Below are positions 39,701 through 52,700 of a DNA stretch of 64,000 nucleotides, in pieces. A model generated the notes under the pieces. It ran no database searches. It was not told where the DNA came from and saw nothing but the letters and a program-made list of their open reading frames with translations. Where the stretch lies: assembly GCA_973895155.1 (NCBI GenBank), contig OZ316896.1, positions 19,332,754 through 19,396,753 on the forward strand, read 5' to 3'. The DNA is from Marsupella aquatica. Lineage: Eukaryota; Plantae; Marchantiophyta. Position 1 is the first letter of the stretch. The number at the start of each line of letters is the position of its first letter. A program made the position numbers and the translations under genes.

Positions 39701-41825
39701 GATAACATATCCCACAATGCACCTCTCCCACCAAATGCACCCTTCCTGTGCGCAAGGACTATGGACTGACAAAACTTAAGGATAGATTCCTTATTGGGGC
39801 CTTGATAGTCAAGATAAACTTCCTTTATACTAGGGATCCGAGACTTCAGCATCAACAGTTTGTGACTTAGATATTTCTGCAACTTCCTCTCTCTCAAAAT
39901 TTGGTTTCTGTATACTTTAGCTTGGTTTTGGACCTCAGGAATTGTGAGGCAACCTAGCCGCCTGCCCTTGCCAGTCCCTCTCTCTCCTCTTTTCTCATAG
40001 GCCTTGACCTCTCTTGCTACCCGAAGTCTGAAGTCCTTCATGTTCTTAATGGAATAACACTTGGAACACGTCAAATCATCAAACCCGCCCCCCAACTGTG
40101 ACATTCGACTACATTCTTTATGCCTGAAAAGGCCCTTGATCTCACAAGCTTCTTCACTATACATACAGAACACCTCTGCCATTACTAGGGGCTCTGCATA
40201 CCACGCACCACCCACTTTCACCTGGTCGTGTAGGTGACTTTTGATAGGCCTAAGTTCTGACCCTACTTCTATCTCATCCCGCCACAGACCCCAACACAAC
40301 AATGACAAATTATCGAAAGTACCTCTATCATCATCTCGTGCTGACATCCTTGACGAGCTGCTTGATGCACCTGCAGTCGAGGTGCGAGTCAAGAACCCCT
40401 GAATTTTTCTCTGTTTCTTATCCCTCCCGTCCACAGTACGGGGTCTGCCAGGGCGCCCTGACAAAACTGGCTCATTTCTTGTAGGCCTCTGACTTTTGGC
40501 CACATAATCAAGATGGATCAAGCCAGTACAATGGCTTGTCAGATTAGCCTCCAAGTTTCGTTGTTTGGGTACCAAAGTCAAATGGTGAAGACAAAAATTG
40601 CAGAACAGTTTCAAAGTCTGGAACTCCACTGGTTCCTTATGGACATCCCCCTCGACTATAAACGTCTCGCGACCAACTGTCTGCAACTTGTTGACCTTTG
40701 CTACAATCTTCAAATGCTCGTCAAGTATGGCTCTATCAGTCAAAGTATTTGACTGCGCCCTCCTTGCAATCTCCACATGCCCAACTTTCTCACTCCTGTT
40801 CCTAGCCACCCGAGCTGCATGCTTTGATGATCGCAAATGCGAATTTTTGAAGTTGGTAAATGCATTATTGATGGATGATTTATCCATCAATGTACCTTTT
40901 GCTAGCCCTTCCACCCGCTTGTCACACTCACAACACTCGATATGCCCCCAGGGCATGTTGTCTTTGTCCCAAGTTCTCACTTTCCACTTGTGGTCAGCAC
41001 ATTTAATGGATTCCATGTGAGTCTTCAACTTATCCGCAGATGCTTCCCATACTGCCTTTAAAGTATTGCTCATAAGAGTGGACATGAATGTGACTTGTTG
41101 TTCAGGCTCTGGCAAGGGGCAACCAGAGTGTGGATCAGCTTCCACTGGAGGCTCCTCATTCATGGGAAAATCGGCATCATCACTCTCTGGCAATGAAAGG
41201 CCATTCTCGGGGGTTTCACTTCCACAAAAATGGGATATCACGTGCGACGAAGTATAGGGTCATTTTATTGGTTCAAAAAGAAGACTTAAGAATTTTCTGA
41301 GAAGAACAATAGGGTCTTTTAAATCCAATTTTGAGACTTATAAGAACATTAGGGTCCTTATAACCAAAATTTTGGAATATTCCAAGAATATTCCAACTTT
41401 ATAGGGGTTGAAAAAATAAATTTTTTTCTTACATTTTAGGGGGTCCAAGGCCTAAAAACGTCGCAGGTGATGGGGAGGCATCCGTATAGTGAGACCCCCG
41501 AGAGGCCATTGGAAGCATTGCTACTCCCGAGGGCTTGCCCTGCGCCTCCAGGGTCTACGTGCACCAATGGGGTTGGAGGCTCCAAGGCATTTTTGGGAAT
41601 GATAACAAGCTTTCCCCCACAATCCTCCAAAAGATTGCAGATCTCCCATTTCTCCGGCATCCGAGTGGCGAGATTGACATCAATAAAGTGGAAGTCAAAA
41701 TCGAGTAGTGCCTCCAACTTCAGTCGGGCATCAGCATACGATTCCCCTGCTTTGTAACTATATGACGATATAGGTTTCCTTTCCCCACCTTCTTTGTCTA
41801 CTTGAAACAAAGTGGCAGGCGGCAT
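36763..41825 (-). pseudogene. P-element/THAP9-like DDE transposase with N-terminal Zn fingers and AT-hook; disrupted
   Basis: Motifs LAEDET...VRW.PKHD..IGFCG (joined by GT-AG intron 39385-39226), HASDGDARRR, DQDYIHNGKKLVNPL, DRQNWASA, GSDACEQFFS. Two CxxC...HxxxxxH fingers and GRPGRPR. Lesions: MITE at 41206-41502, frameshifts at ~37775 and ~37080, in-frame stop at ~36893. Confidence 0.75.
41206..41502. mobile_element. MITE family A, copy 5 (297 bp; 8-bp TSD AGGCCATT), inside the P-like transposase
   Basis: Ends CTCGGGGGTTTCACT / AGTGAGACCCCCGAG. TSD at 41198-41205 and 41503-41510. Removal fuses ...SSNASNGL to SLPESDDADF... in frame. Confidence 0.92.
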
Positions 41826-41859
41826 TCTCTCACCCTTTACTGACAACCTATCCACCTCT

Positions 41860-44800
41860 CATGGGCCTGCGCACAGTCCACATGACAAAGGGAGCATCAA
41901 CATAGGGATTGCTCAAAATAGGATAGGTTCATTTCATTCTAACCACATATTCACCCAAAATGCAACTTTCTTGGGTGGCATGGCGCAACACCACACAATG
42001 TGGACATCATGTGCACCAATTCTTCTACTAGAGACAGGTTACAAAGATGTTAGGCAGATTGATGATTGTTGGCCAATGCGGGAAACAAGCAACCTGGCCT
42101 ATTAGAATGGGCCAACATCCAAAGGAAGTCTATGGAGGGCCTGCGTGCGACAGGTATTAATCTGATAGTTTAAACAAACCGCCCCAATTCTCATTTCAAC
42201 TCGATCAGTGGCAAGTGGATCCCTGAGCTCATTGATAACATCTTGGATGTCATCAAGAAGGAAGTGGTACTCATTCAAGCCACACGGAAAAATGAATATG
42301 GCTTTCGCCCGAGCAACAATGAGACTGTAGAATGTGATCCAGCCTTTTGACCTCTGCCGAAAGGCCTCCAAAGCCATGCCAATTGCATTCTGTTGACTAC
42401 ATATAAGACAGGCTGGATCTTTACCGTTGCTTGTTGAAGGCAATGGAATTGTGTGAGAGAGATAGAAAGGAGGACAGAAATTCATGATATCAAAGCAAAG
42501 TAGGCTACCAAGATTGGTTATAAGGCAATATTAAGCAACCCACACGTGGAGACCGCATCCACTGGACCAATCCCACGAGAGCCTTGCCCCATCCCGACCA
42601 TTTCTCGTTAGGATTGGCTGGTTACAGATCCATTGCTGCTTTCTCCGACATGTGTCGGGTGGGAAGGGCGTACCCTTTGCATGCAAGGACTCCAGATTCA
42701 GCGTAAGCACAAGAGGGACAGGGATCTGCACATGGCCATTTCAGCTTGCCCAAGTTTAGCTTGTCCCAATTCAGCTTGTCCCATATGTGCTTGGTCCATG
42801 TACAGTCGGGGCCAGGCCCACACTCCAATCCTTCTCCTCCACAGTTGTGAGGGCCACAACAGACTATACATGACTTAAGGGGCTGACAGCAATGACAAGT
42901 GACAACCATGGACACAATAATGACAGGCTCTAATCACACACTCCCCCAGGCAACCTGCTTCGAAATTACAAGGAGCGCTGGACTGCCAGCGGCTAAATCC
43001 AGCAGTCGCCAATGGGGGCATGACTTCCCCATGGTCTCCTTGAACTCGATGGGCCCTGCAAATTAAACGAGTCCTACATGTACAAAAAAATGACAAAACT
43101 GAAATGACATCTTACCTGAGCAAGATACAAAGCCCTGTGCATTAGCAACTTAAAACATATGAACTATATAAGAAGCGGTAAATAATGGAGCACAATTGAA
43201 AGAACCACAAAGTCCAGAATATGTACATACCTTGGACTAGAGTTTTTGGACCTCTGATAGAATGGTCCGCCAAGTAATGCAGCTTGAGGGGGCCGGGCCG
43301 GTAGCAGCTGCGTTGGGCACAAGTTGGTATGTTGCATGATAATGTTCAAACGTTAGCTCAGACATTTCAAAAAACCAATGATGCAGGGGTCATAACACAC
43401 AACAACATTTTGTTTTGAACACGATGGCAAAAAGGAAATGACTACCTTCCTAGTTGGGGGATAGCAGTTGCCTTGTACCACACCTCCGTCAATACCCCTC
43501 CTTCAATACCAAACTCTCGTCCACTGGACATCACCGCTACCACAAGATCCATTTCCAAAAAGAGCGTTAGTTGACAGTCTTTGAAAGGCCACCAGCATAT
43601 GTATGTGTTCGTGCCATGCCTTTGGGTCATATGGCAGAATAGTCATCATCGAATCCCTTAAAAGAAACTCAGACTGCCAGGGCCGAGGCTGACATACAAA
43701 TACATAATATACTGATGATATATAGGTGATACAAAAATTAGTGTTGGCATCCGCTCATACACTCTTACAAAATGACCATTCAAGAGGTCATGTGAACTGC
43801 TAACTTGGCTATCATCCCTGCACAAACTAATCTCCTGCGTAGACTAACAATCTGTGCAATTTAACCTCCCTATGCATGTACCTACTCGCCATCTTGAAGC
43901 TCTACAAGGCCTAACACAAAAGGGTCCGTGTTCTAGAGCTGACACACTTTCCAGGCCCTCTTTTTTGCAAAAACCTCATTGTACTTAACGTCCGCGTCTG
44001 GATCTACATCACATGCTGGACACCGAGCATCCAAAGCATGTACACATCCTGCACCAACAGTGATCTGAACACCATTCATCGTCTGAGTGAACATAATGGA
44101 CTGTGGATCGACATACTTTTCCCACATGGTTTGGCGGGTCATACGGGATGGACGATTAGAACCAAACATAATGCCAATAGGCCAAGTCCCTCTCAACATG
44201 CCTAATGCCTTTAGCTTACGTCGCAACCTCACTGCTTTCTCATAGAGAAGGCCTACAGATTGGCTTTGGGTGGTTACCATGGTGTCTTTTGCACCGTTAC
44301 CTCCGTAGAAGGCAAAGACAGAGGGTCTGAAAATCAAGCCTACCAAAGCTGGTCCACACGACAAATCCTCCTGCAACAACATTGTCCGGTGTGTCACTCA
44401 CTGTACTATAAAAATGGACAAACTGAGCATCACAAATTGCAAACAGAGCGAATGTTTCAGGGATTTGGCTAACTTACTTGGCCTCTAGAAATCGACAAAA
44501 CTTCCCGCTCCCACAACTTCGTGTGGAGCTTTGGATTTGTTACATCAAAGCTCCTTGAGATCCACCTCTCCCCAACCTTGATGATTCACCTAAAGTTTGC
44601 TGCAGAATTTTGGGCAATGGTAGCCATCCCAGATTAAAATTTGTTTATCAAACTCAACTGCACAAACTGCAAATGAATACCTTGCGGCCTTAACCCTTGA
44701 CGCAATACAAGTGACCAAGGAAGTTCATTCCTGATTGGTGCGTACCTCAGTCTCCTTTGTCCACTGATCCTCTGGTCGTGACCCGGGTCCTCAAAGCTGA

Positions 44801-45450
44801 ATCTTCCAACCTCCACTCTGCTCAACTAAGCCCGATGGATGATCACTGCAGCTGCTTACAAATGTCTGCGACCAAACCAGGAAAAGCGTTACTTACAGAC
44901 CAACACCCTAGCCAGTGAAGGAGCTACAAATGGAGTCCAAAAAGTGGTGGAAGATTAAGTATGAGAGCAGACCTAAGGCAATAGCAGAAGGCAAGTCAGA
45001 GCAGAATAAAATAAGACATAGGAAGCCGGGGAGGAATCAGAAGAGCGATGGCAAGCGCTTCAACCTAAGTGCAGAAATTAAGAGCTTAAGAAGTCCTAGA
45101 GACGGTTGCTAAAGGAACTCAAGAGCAATTGCAACATCCGAGGCAATGCCATTTGGCGATATATAGTGAATGCAATATCGTCAACCAAGAAATGCAGTTC
45201 ACTTGAGGGACTGTCACTACATTCAGGACTACATCGCGTGGGTTTTGTTCAGTCTAATGCAGGGAGAGGGTTACCTTGTTGCACCAAACCGGAAGGTGAT
45301 CGCTCCTTAGCCTTCCAGGGGGTATCCTTCGATGATATCTGAAAAGGCCCACAGGCATCAGCTAAAAGCACGTAAACTCTACATCCATCCTTCCATTGAA
45401 AAACTCTCTCAACATTGAAAACCAGATGGCTTACCGTGCTCAATTGATGT
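41860..45450 (-). pseudogene. Decayed multi-exon accessory gene(s) of the P-like element, function unknown
   Basis: Coding-like Cys/Trp-rich fragments (42102-42485, 42875-43096, 43933-44397, 45249-45443). Minus-strand GTAAG donors near 43115, 44477, 44895 and 45434. Internally similar peptides HFLLDDI/HFLVDDI and LGECVIR/LGEYVVR. Confidence 0.35.
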
Positions 45451-46796
45451 GTCCACTCCCAGAAGAGTCAACACGCAACACTGAAGCTTTCACTATCTCC
45501 TTCGATCACTGGGTTTCTCAAAAATGATCTGTAAGCAAAACATCTCCACAATGAAGCACTCAAGCTGGCAGCGTTTGCAAATCCAATGAAATGTCACTCA
45601 TGTCGATCGCATCAAGATCTTAAGGATAGTCACAATGACTTAGAACAATCCATTGAAATCCAGCCAAATGCATTGGCAGTCAAAGGCACGTAAATCCTAC
45701 AAATCACAATGCAGTGGCGTGCAAATCCGCAAGTTGGCACAGTTACAGCCAAATCCAGGAAACATTGAGGCAACACATAGAACATTGAAGACATAACCGG
45801 GGAGATAACAATGCATGCCAAAAATGTGGAAGGTTCACAGAGCATTTGAGTGGGTGAGATTGAGACGACCTTGACAATCGCAATGTCGGGGAAGACCTTC
45901 CAAACTAAGGACCTTCAAAGCCAGCACTCAGCGATGCTGGGCAAGAGCAAGAACAGGCAAACGAGGGCCAACAATGTAGGATGCGGATCGACAATGGTGG
46001 ACAAGGCCAAAGCAGCAATGGCGGACGAGGAGCAGCAATGGCAGACAAGGAGCAGCGATGGCAGAGGATCAATGATGGTGGACGAGCAGCGATGGCAGTC
46101 GAGCAACGATGGCGGCCGAGCAGCGATGGTGGACGAGCCAGGAGCAAGCAGAAGGCATCAGGGAGCGGGAGCACGAGTGGGAGCGCGAGGCGAGGTGAGA
46201 CCGAGCGCAAAGGAAGAATGAGGAGCAGGGGTACGAGGGGGGGCTGACCCCGGGCGGTGACGGTCTCACGACTAAACCCTAAACCTTAGGGTTCATAACG
46301 TAGGCGAGGCCATGGATCGCCGATTCAATGGCTTCGATTCGCTCTCCCTCTAATCCAACGGTTTGAGTCATCCCCGATGTGTTTTCTTAAATTCCCCGCC
46401 AAAACCCCCACCACTCCACACACCTGGTCCATCCCCATTGCCCCGGGATCGCCCCCAATCCTCCCTTCAAAACTTTTCTAGCTTAGCATAGCCAGTATTA
46501 ACATTTTAATTTATGAAGGAGATATGGATACTGTAAGGATAATACACGTGTACCAATTATAATTTGACACGTGTACCAATAATATGATGCCGCGTGTCGC
46601 TACCTATTGATTTACCCTTCCACAAGTAAGCAGGATGACATTTCAAGGGGTCTTACGAAATTACAAAGTGGTTTCAGTATATATGCGGTGGTTGCGGAAT
46701 TGTAAGCAAATTATAAAAATTACCGCCGAAGGGATAAAAATGACCCTTGAACGGTTCTCACGTCCTCCCCGTATTAGAAAGGAGGGGGGCCCAGGG

Positions 46797-49700
46797 GATC
46801 TCATCCGTGGTCCACGTCTCCAGTGGTGGGTAATGCTGCACCTCGTTCTTTCCGTCCCAAGGAATCTCTTCAGGAGTCACATCCAAGATGGTTCCAAACT
46901 CCTTATGGATACAACGACAATCTCCCCACTTCTGTTCCAAAAGAGCATAGATGGCAGCATGATCCTCCTTGCTTGTTAATAAATTGAAAACAGACCACTT
47001 TGGATTGTTGACAGTGATATAATGTTGAACGCAGTAAGCCTTTCTCAATTTGCAAAGATACGGCCATAATATCTCGGGCAAAAATGTGTCATTTGAAGCT
47101 GTGTGAGTAAATGGATTTGGAAACAATCCATTCACGTCATAATTCAAAAATGCCTTCAATGGAGAATCATCAATAAGAACTATATTAGAAGCATCATATT
47201 TTTCTGGAAAACGGTCCCAAATGGTTTGCAAATTCTTCAGAAGTAAATTGGCCTTCCCATCTGTTATATCTGGCCTTTGGATGCAACTATCAAAGGTATC
47301 TTCTTGAGTAAAGACAAACTTGAACTTCTGTCGCTCCTCCTCAGTGAAAATCAACTCCATTAAGTCCATTGTTTTTGGCCTCCTTGCACAGGTCCAAATT
47401 GCGACGTCAAAAACCATGAAAGCTGCATATAGAAATTTGTGGAGGTATGGGCGCTCCACATACATGAAATTAAACCCTCCACGTCTCCCCCAGTGCACAC
47501 CACGTAAACTTGTCTGATTTTGCCATGGTCCTGAGCTTCTGGTCTTAATGCAATCCCAACAAATCTTGTTAAGGTCAAGAACCAAGAGCTTTCGCCCGAT
47601 CGGAGAGTGTAGTATTGGAGTGAATTCTGGAAACATTAAAATAAGCCCTTAGTCAATGCGACTCAAAGTTTAAACAATTACTACGGAGGAAAACTCTCAA
47701 AATTTGAAATCAAACAAACTTTGTTATAGCATTTGAAGTAGAGAAGAACGACCCTGGGGCGACCCTCCTAGAAAAACATTAATTACATTCACTTGCCATT
47801 TTTTAGATCCAAAGTATACCTGGGTCAAACCCTTCCTCCACAGCAACGCTTTCCGAGGGAATGCCAACAAAATCCTTTGAGGAAGGAGATTCTACGACGG
47901 AACTTTGATCTGTAAAAAAGTATATTATTACAAAGATAAAGCTTAGATTGTCATTAAAATACCAAGAACCAAAGAAAGGGCTAATACTTTCCAATGCTAA
48001 AATGCCCAAATTCATCTATTGTTTGATCACCTAGAACACTCTGTATCTCGGAATTGATACCACTGGGAAGTTGCTCTTCAAAGGATGGGGGTGCAAAAAC
48101 TGGGCTCAGTCTCAAGTTCAGTTTTTTGTAATCTGATTTTGCCATTATCTTTGGAGCATCGTCTAGTGATTATATCATTCCAACCTTTGGTCCATTTCTC
48201 CATATAAAATGAGTTGCAGGACGGACTGTTTTCATATATCTAGTCCTGCCGATCTTGGATCCAAAATTTTGTGAAAATGATAATACTACGGGGCTTCCTG
48301 TAGAAGCACTTGTAAAAACCAATTTAGTCTCTGATGAGCAATATAGAGGAGACAGGGGAGGATTTGAAGCACCCGCCTTCTCTTCTTCATTTGCAGCGGT
48401 CTCAGGTACTTGACGATCATCCTCCTTTGCAAGCGCAATGTCTGACATTTCTCCCAATTCTACTGCGTCAATATTGCCTAGACCATCTGTGGTTGCCTTC
48501 CAATGTGCGTCCGATGTGGACGATGTAAGATCTGGGTCCGATTGGTGCATCCAATTCTCTACACCGGCAAAGGGATTTCTTGGTGGGTCGCCCTCAGGTC
48601 GACCCACAACATCGGCCAACCCCACACCAAAGTAGGGAATACCTACCACTTGTGTTCCACGTTCATCCAAATTTCGGGTGACCCTGTCGTCTGTGTCGTG
48701 ACCCAATTCTCCTTCCTCAATATCATCTTCACCCTGGTCTACGCCTTCTTTGGCACCAACATGCTCGAAAACCCCATCTCGGGCTCTACCAAATTTGGAA
48801 CCGCCCATCCGGTCACTCATTATGGAAGGAACTTTCTCGCAGAGAACCCTTCCATATGCCTGAGTGAAATCATATTCATCCTCAGTGTCTGAATACGCAA
48901 AGCATTCTCTGAAACACAACAATGACACCTTCATAACCTGTCCTCCCGAGAAAAAGTCAAGTATAGTCTCCCCTTCAGCCGAAAAAAATTCGATAATACT
49001 CTGCAGCATACATTTTGGCTTAGCGTGAATATTCACAAAGCCACCTCTACTTCCCCACCATCTCAAACATGGGAGCCTTTCGTAAGAAATCTCCAATGTG
49101 GAATGCCAAAGTTGACTCAGTCTCTGTCTCCTTACTTGTCTTACTCTTATTCTTATCTCGCTTCTCCGTCTTGTCTTCCACTTGGAAATCAGGGTCGATC
49201 GCCGAATTGTAAGAAAATTGGCAATTAAATCCAGGCCTGAACACTTGCTTCCAATCAAATTTCTCCTCAGTGGTGATTCCTGCAAAGATCCACAATGTAT
49301 TGCAGTAATGCAATAATTTCAGCATCGGTCCAAACATGTTGTCGGAGCCTACTGAAGTCAACAATGGCAAGAGGACACAAAGGCGAAGGCTCTTGTAGCA
49401 TTTCCGGCACGGTCGTCTTCATCAAATTCTCACTAAAAAATGTCAAGAAAGGCTCCGTGCAAGAACGACCAATCCCACCAAATTCTTTACAATACAACCC
49501 ATCTAGTCTGACCATCAGACTTTGTGGGAAACTCTCCTTGACCACATTCTTCTTCAATGAATTGTTGAGGTAAACCTCACCCGCTGCTCTCCTCAATTTT
49601 GTCATCTCAAGCTCAGATTTCAAGGAAGGCAACAATATCACCAGAGACTCCCAAGATGTGCCAACAGGAAACTTCTCACGATACTTTTCCATGAAATAGC

Positions 49701-52700
49701 CAATAATGACTGTTCTCAATTTGGACATTATCTTGATTGTAAGGGCCAAGTCTCCCATTGCGACAAGCTCTGATTTGTTGGTGATATCCTTCTTCAGCAA
49801 GACACGCTCCTCTTCAACGTCCTTCAAGATCTCAATTATTTGTTTGCTACTAATCTCTCCTTCAAAGCATCGAAAGGTACCGGGAGTGATCAATTTTGGG
49901 GGTCTTGGCCCTCCATACCCACCAGCCCCGTCTTGGAGCTTCCCACTCAACCATTTTGCACACACGTTTCGCCATAATTCAAAGAGCTCATCTTCGGCAA
50001 AAAGTAACCAATAAATGCTCTTTAGGCTTGACTTCCCCATTGTAACCTTTGCCAGGGCAAACCAATCCTGCATATCCAATGGACTTGACATTAGTTTCAG
50101 GGTACAATGCATATGTTAGAAAATTTATACCTATATTTGAAACAGGCTAAGCCGCCTCGCCCCAAGGGCATGGCGAACCTCTACATCTAACCGCAATTGA
50201 CTGAAACGGAACTAGGGAATTATTCTTAGAGAGACTAGTCTAGGTTGCCTCGCCTTGAGGGCGAGGCAAACATTTGCTTTAATCTTCTAACCAAGGAAAA
50301 CAAGAAAAGGCAACCTCGCCCTTGGGGTGAGGCAAACCTCTACCATTGACAATCTTTAAACAAAGCGGATCAAGAATAGTTTGCGTTGCTCCAACATGTA
50401 CCTGATAGTTTTTCCTGTCTGTATTTTGATTGGTCCCAATCCCTGGACGCGGCGGTTTCCCGCACTCCTCAAACTGCCTTCGTGCATGAACAATAGTCTC
50501 TAAAAAACAAGACTTAAATTGCATAGTATCATTGACAGCATTCGATAAACTTGAATGCTCAACCAAAATTGTCTTCGGAGTGAGGTCAGATAGGATCCTT
50601 GCTTCCTATACTTTAGTTTGTTGGCAAGATCTGTCAGCTTGGCGTCAGTCTCGGCCCACCCTTGGATCCATTGGGCAGCTCTTGCAGAATGCTGGCCACT
50701 GATGGCAAGGAATTGGATCTCATGCTTCTTCACACCAATCAAAAACTCTTTCCTATCCTGAGGTGTGTTGTCATAATGAAGCAACTGTTTAGTGCTCTCG
50801 CGATACGGAATCAAATCAGCAACTTGTGGTTCCTGTCCAGGGTTTTTCATCATAGACTTTGATATCTCCATTGCATGCGAAAGATTGAACATTCGATATA
50901 CAAAAACGGCCGATGGCGGATTAATACTTTTTACAGGAATATCAAAAACTTCGCGGATGCCAAAAGTATAATACTACTCAATATTACGCAAAACCTCTTG
51001 GCCTTTGAGCACATCATCTTCTGTGGGTCCTTCTGTCGGACACATATCATCCTCTGGATGCAAGACAAAGTTTGAAGTCGACCCTGACATTGGTTTTGAT
51101 TTCGCAACCTTTGCCTTCTTTGTCTACTTTTTTTGGGGGCCCTCATCATCTTCATTTTTTTTAGCCATCTTCTTACGGCGTGAACTCCCAGATTGTTTCT
51201 CTTGTTGAACAACCGGCTCTTGAAGCTTTCATTTCTTCTCTGTCTTTGATTGCACACTTCTTTCCACTGTCTTCTTTCTCTCCTTTGCCTTATGCTTTGC
51301 TTCTTTTTTCTTCATCTCTGAAATCCACGTCCGGCACGCGGCCTCTTGAAACTCTGGACAAAAAATGAAACTCTTGTCGATTGCTTGCTCGTATGAAAAA
51401 TGTGCCTTCTCAATCATCCTTTGAACTATCCAAGTAGACGGAGGGTCCACACTGTCCGCATTGTCATGCATGTGCTTCTTTACGTAGAGAAATCCAAACA
51501 CTAGGTCAACTCCACTTATTTGAGAACACGTCTTCTCAAACATCTGATCAATTGTTACTCCATCTAGGAAGAATCCCATATCAGCTACGCTTATCTCCAA
51601 TCGAGCCATCCACTCAACATTCAGTAAAGTCGAGTAGAGTTTTATTGGCACCAGAAGTCTCATCCACTGAGATTTCTCATTGGACTCAACAATAATCGTT
51701 GCATTGCGGTTGTTGTCCGTGTTCACAAGGACGACTGGACCTAGAGTAACAATTGTCTTATGGTCATTCAATTGACTCGTGAGGTCCTTAAAACAAATCA
51801 AGAGACTGCCTTCCGCCGACTCCCCAACTTCTAGTGCCCATCTAAATCCTGGAGTATCTTGGTCAGGGAAAACAAAGTCCTTGATATCCTCGTCCATAAT
51901 ATTTAACTCCGGCTTCTCAAGATTTTTTCCTGGTAAGAAACATTGAAAACAAAATGGTCAACATCATATTTTTAACATTGACATGTGGAAAACTTTCAAG
52001 GTGCCTCGCCCTTGGGGCGAGGCGACAAATAGAAGATTGCAAAATCTTCTTTGCTCCTAGTGCAATTAGCCCTGCCACCTCATCCAAGCAATCAAACATT
52101 ATTTAGGAATGCAGACGACATCGCCTCACCCCAAGGGTGAGGCAACTTCTAGGAAAGCAAACAACATTTAGGAATGCAGACAACATCGCCTCGCCCCAAG
52201 GGTGAGGCAACTTCTGGGAAAGCAGACAACATTTAGGAATGCAGAGGACATCGCCTCGCCCCAAGGGCGAGGCAACTTCTGGGAAAGCAGACAACATTTA
52301 GGAATGTAGAGGACATCGCCTCGCCCCAAGGGCGAGGCAACTTCTGGGAATGCAGACAACATTTAGGAATGCAGATAACATTGCCTCGCCCTAAGGGCGA
52401 GGCAACTTCTGGGAATGCAGAGTACATTTTAGGAATGCAGATGACATCGCCTCGCCCCAAGAGCGAGGCAAAAAATAGAATATAGCTAAAGATCCTTTAT
52501 TAATGTAAGATACAAGGTCCAATACACCTTCGGAGCAACAAGAAATCTAGAATGAAGTAGACGTCGCCTCAACCTTGGGGCGAGGCGACTGCAAAGGAAT
52601 ATAGAAATTTTCCTAATAAGAAGTTTGAAATCCAAATTAAAGTAAAGTTTCCTCGCCCTTAGGGCGAGGCAAGAAGTTGAAGCAGGTGGTGCCTTACGTG

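Larger units (their letters stand above)
35665..46796 (-). mobile_element. 11,132-bp DNA transposon with a P-superfamily-like transposase and 8-bp TSD GATCTCAT
   Basis: TIR CCCTGGGCCC(TCA)CTCCTT / AAGGAGGGGGGCCCAGGG. TSD at 35657-35664 and 46797-46804. Excision restores the host ORF. Confidence 0.88.

Noticed and set aside
31846-41502. 290-bp inverted repeat pair as long TIRs of a 9.6-kb element
   Set aside because: The 41206-41502 copy has its own 8-bp TSD and the other lies within a separate Mutator-type element. They are independent MITE copies.
45850-46269. Overlapping ORFs in several frames
   Set aside because: GC-rich low-complexity GCAGCGATGG-type repeats are open by composition.
46758-47636. 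Stand-alone 292-aa phosphatase gene as given by the ORF track
   Set aside because: Its ATG overlaps a splice acceptor (TTTCCAG|), and the last residues (PWAPLLSNTGRT) are read from the TIR of the inserted element. The true 3' end is at 35656-35447.
52101-52470. CRISPR-like palindromic repeat array
   Set aside because: The sequences between palindromes are near-identical rather than unique spacers, there are no cas genes, and the context is a eukaryotic intron.
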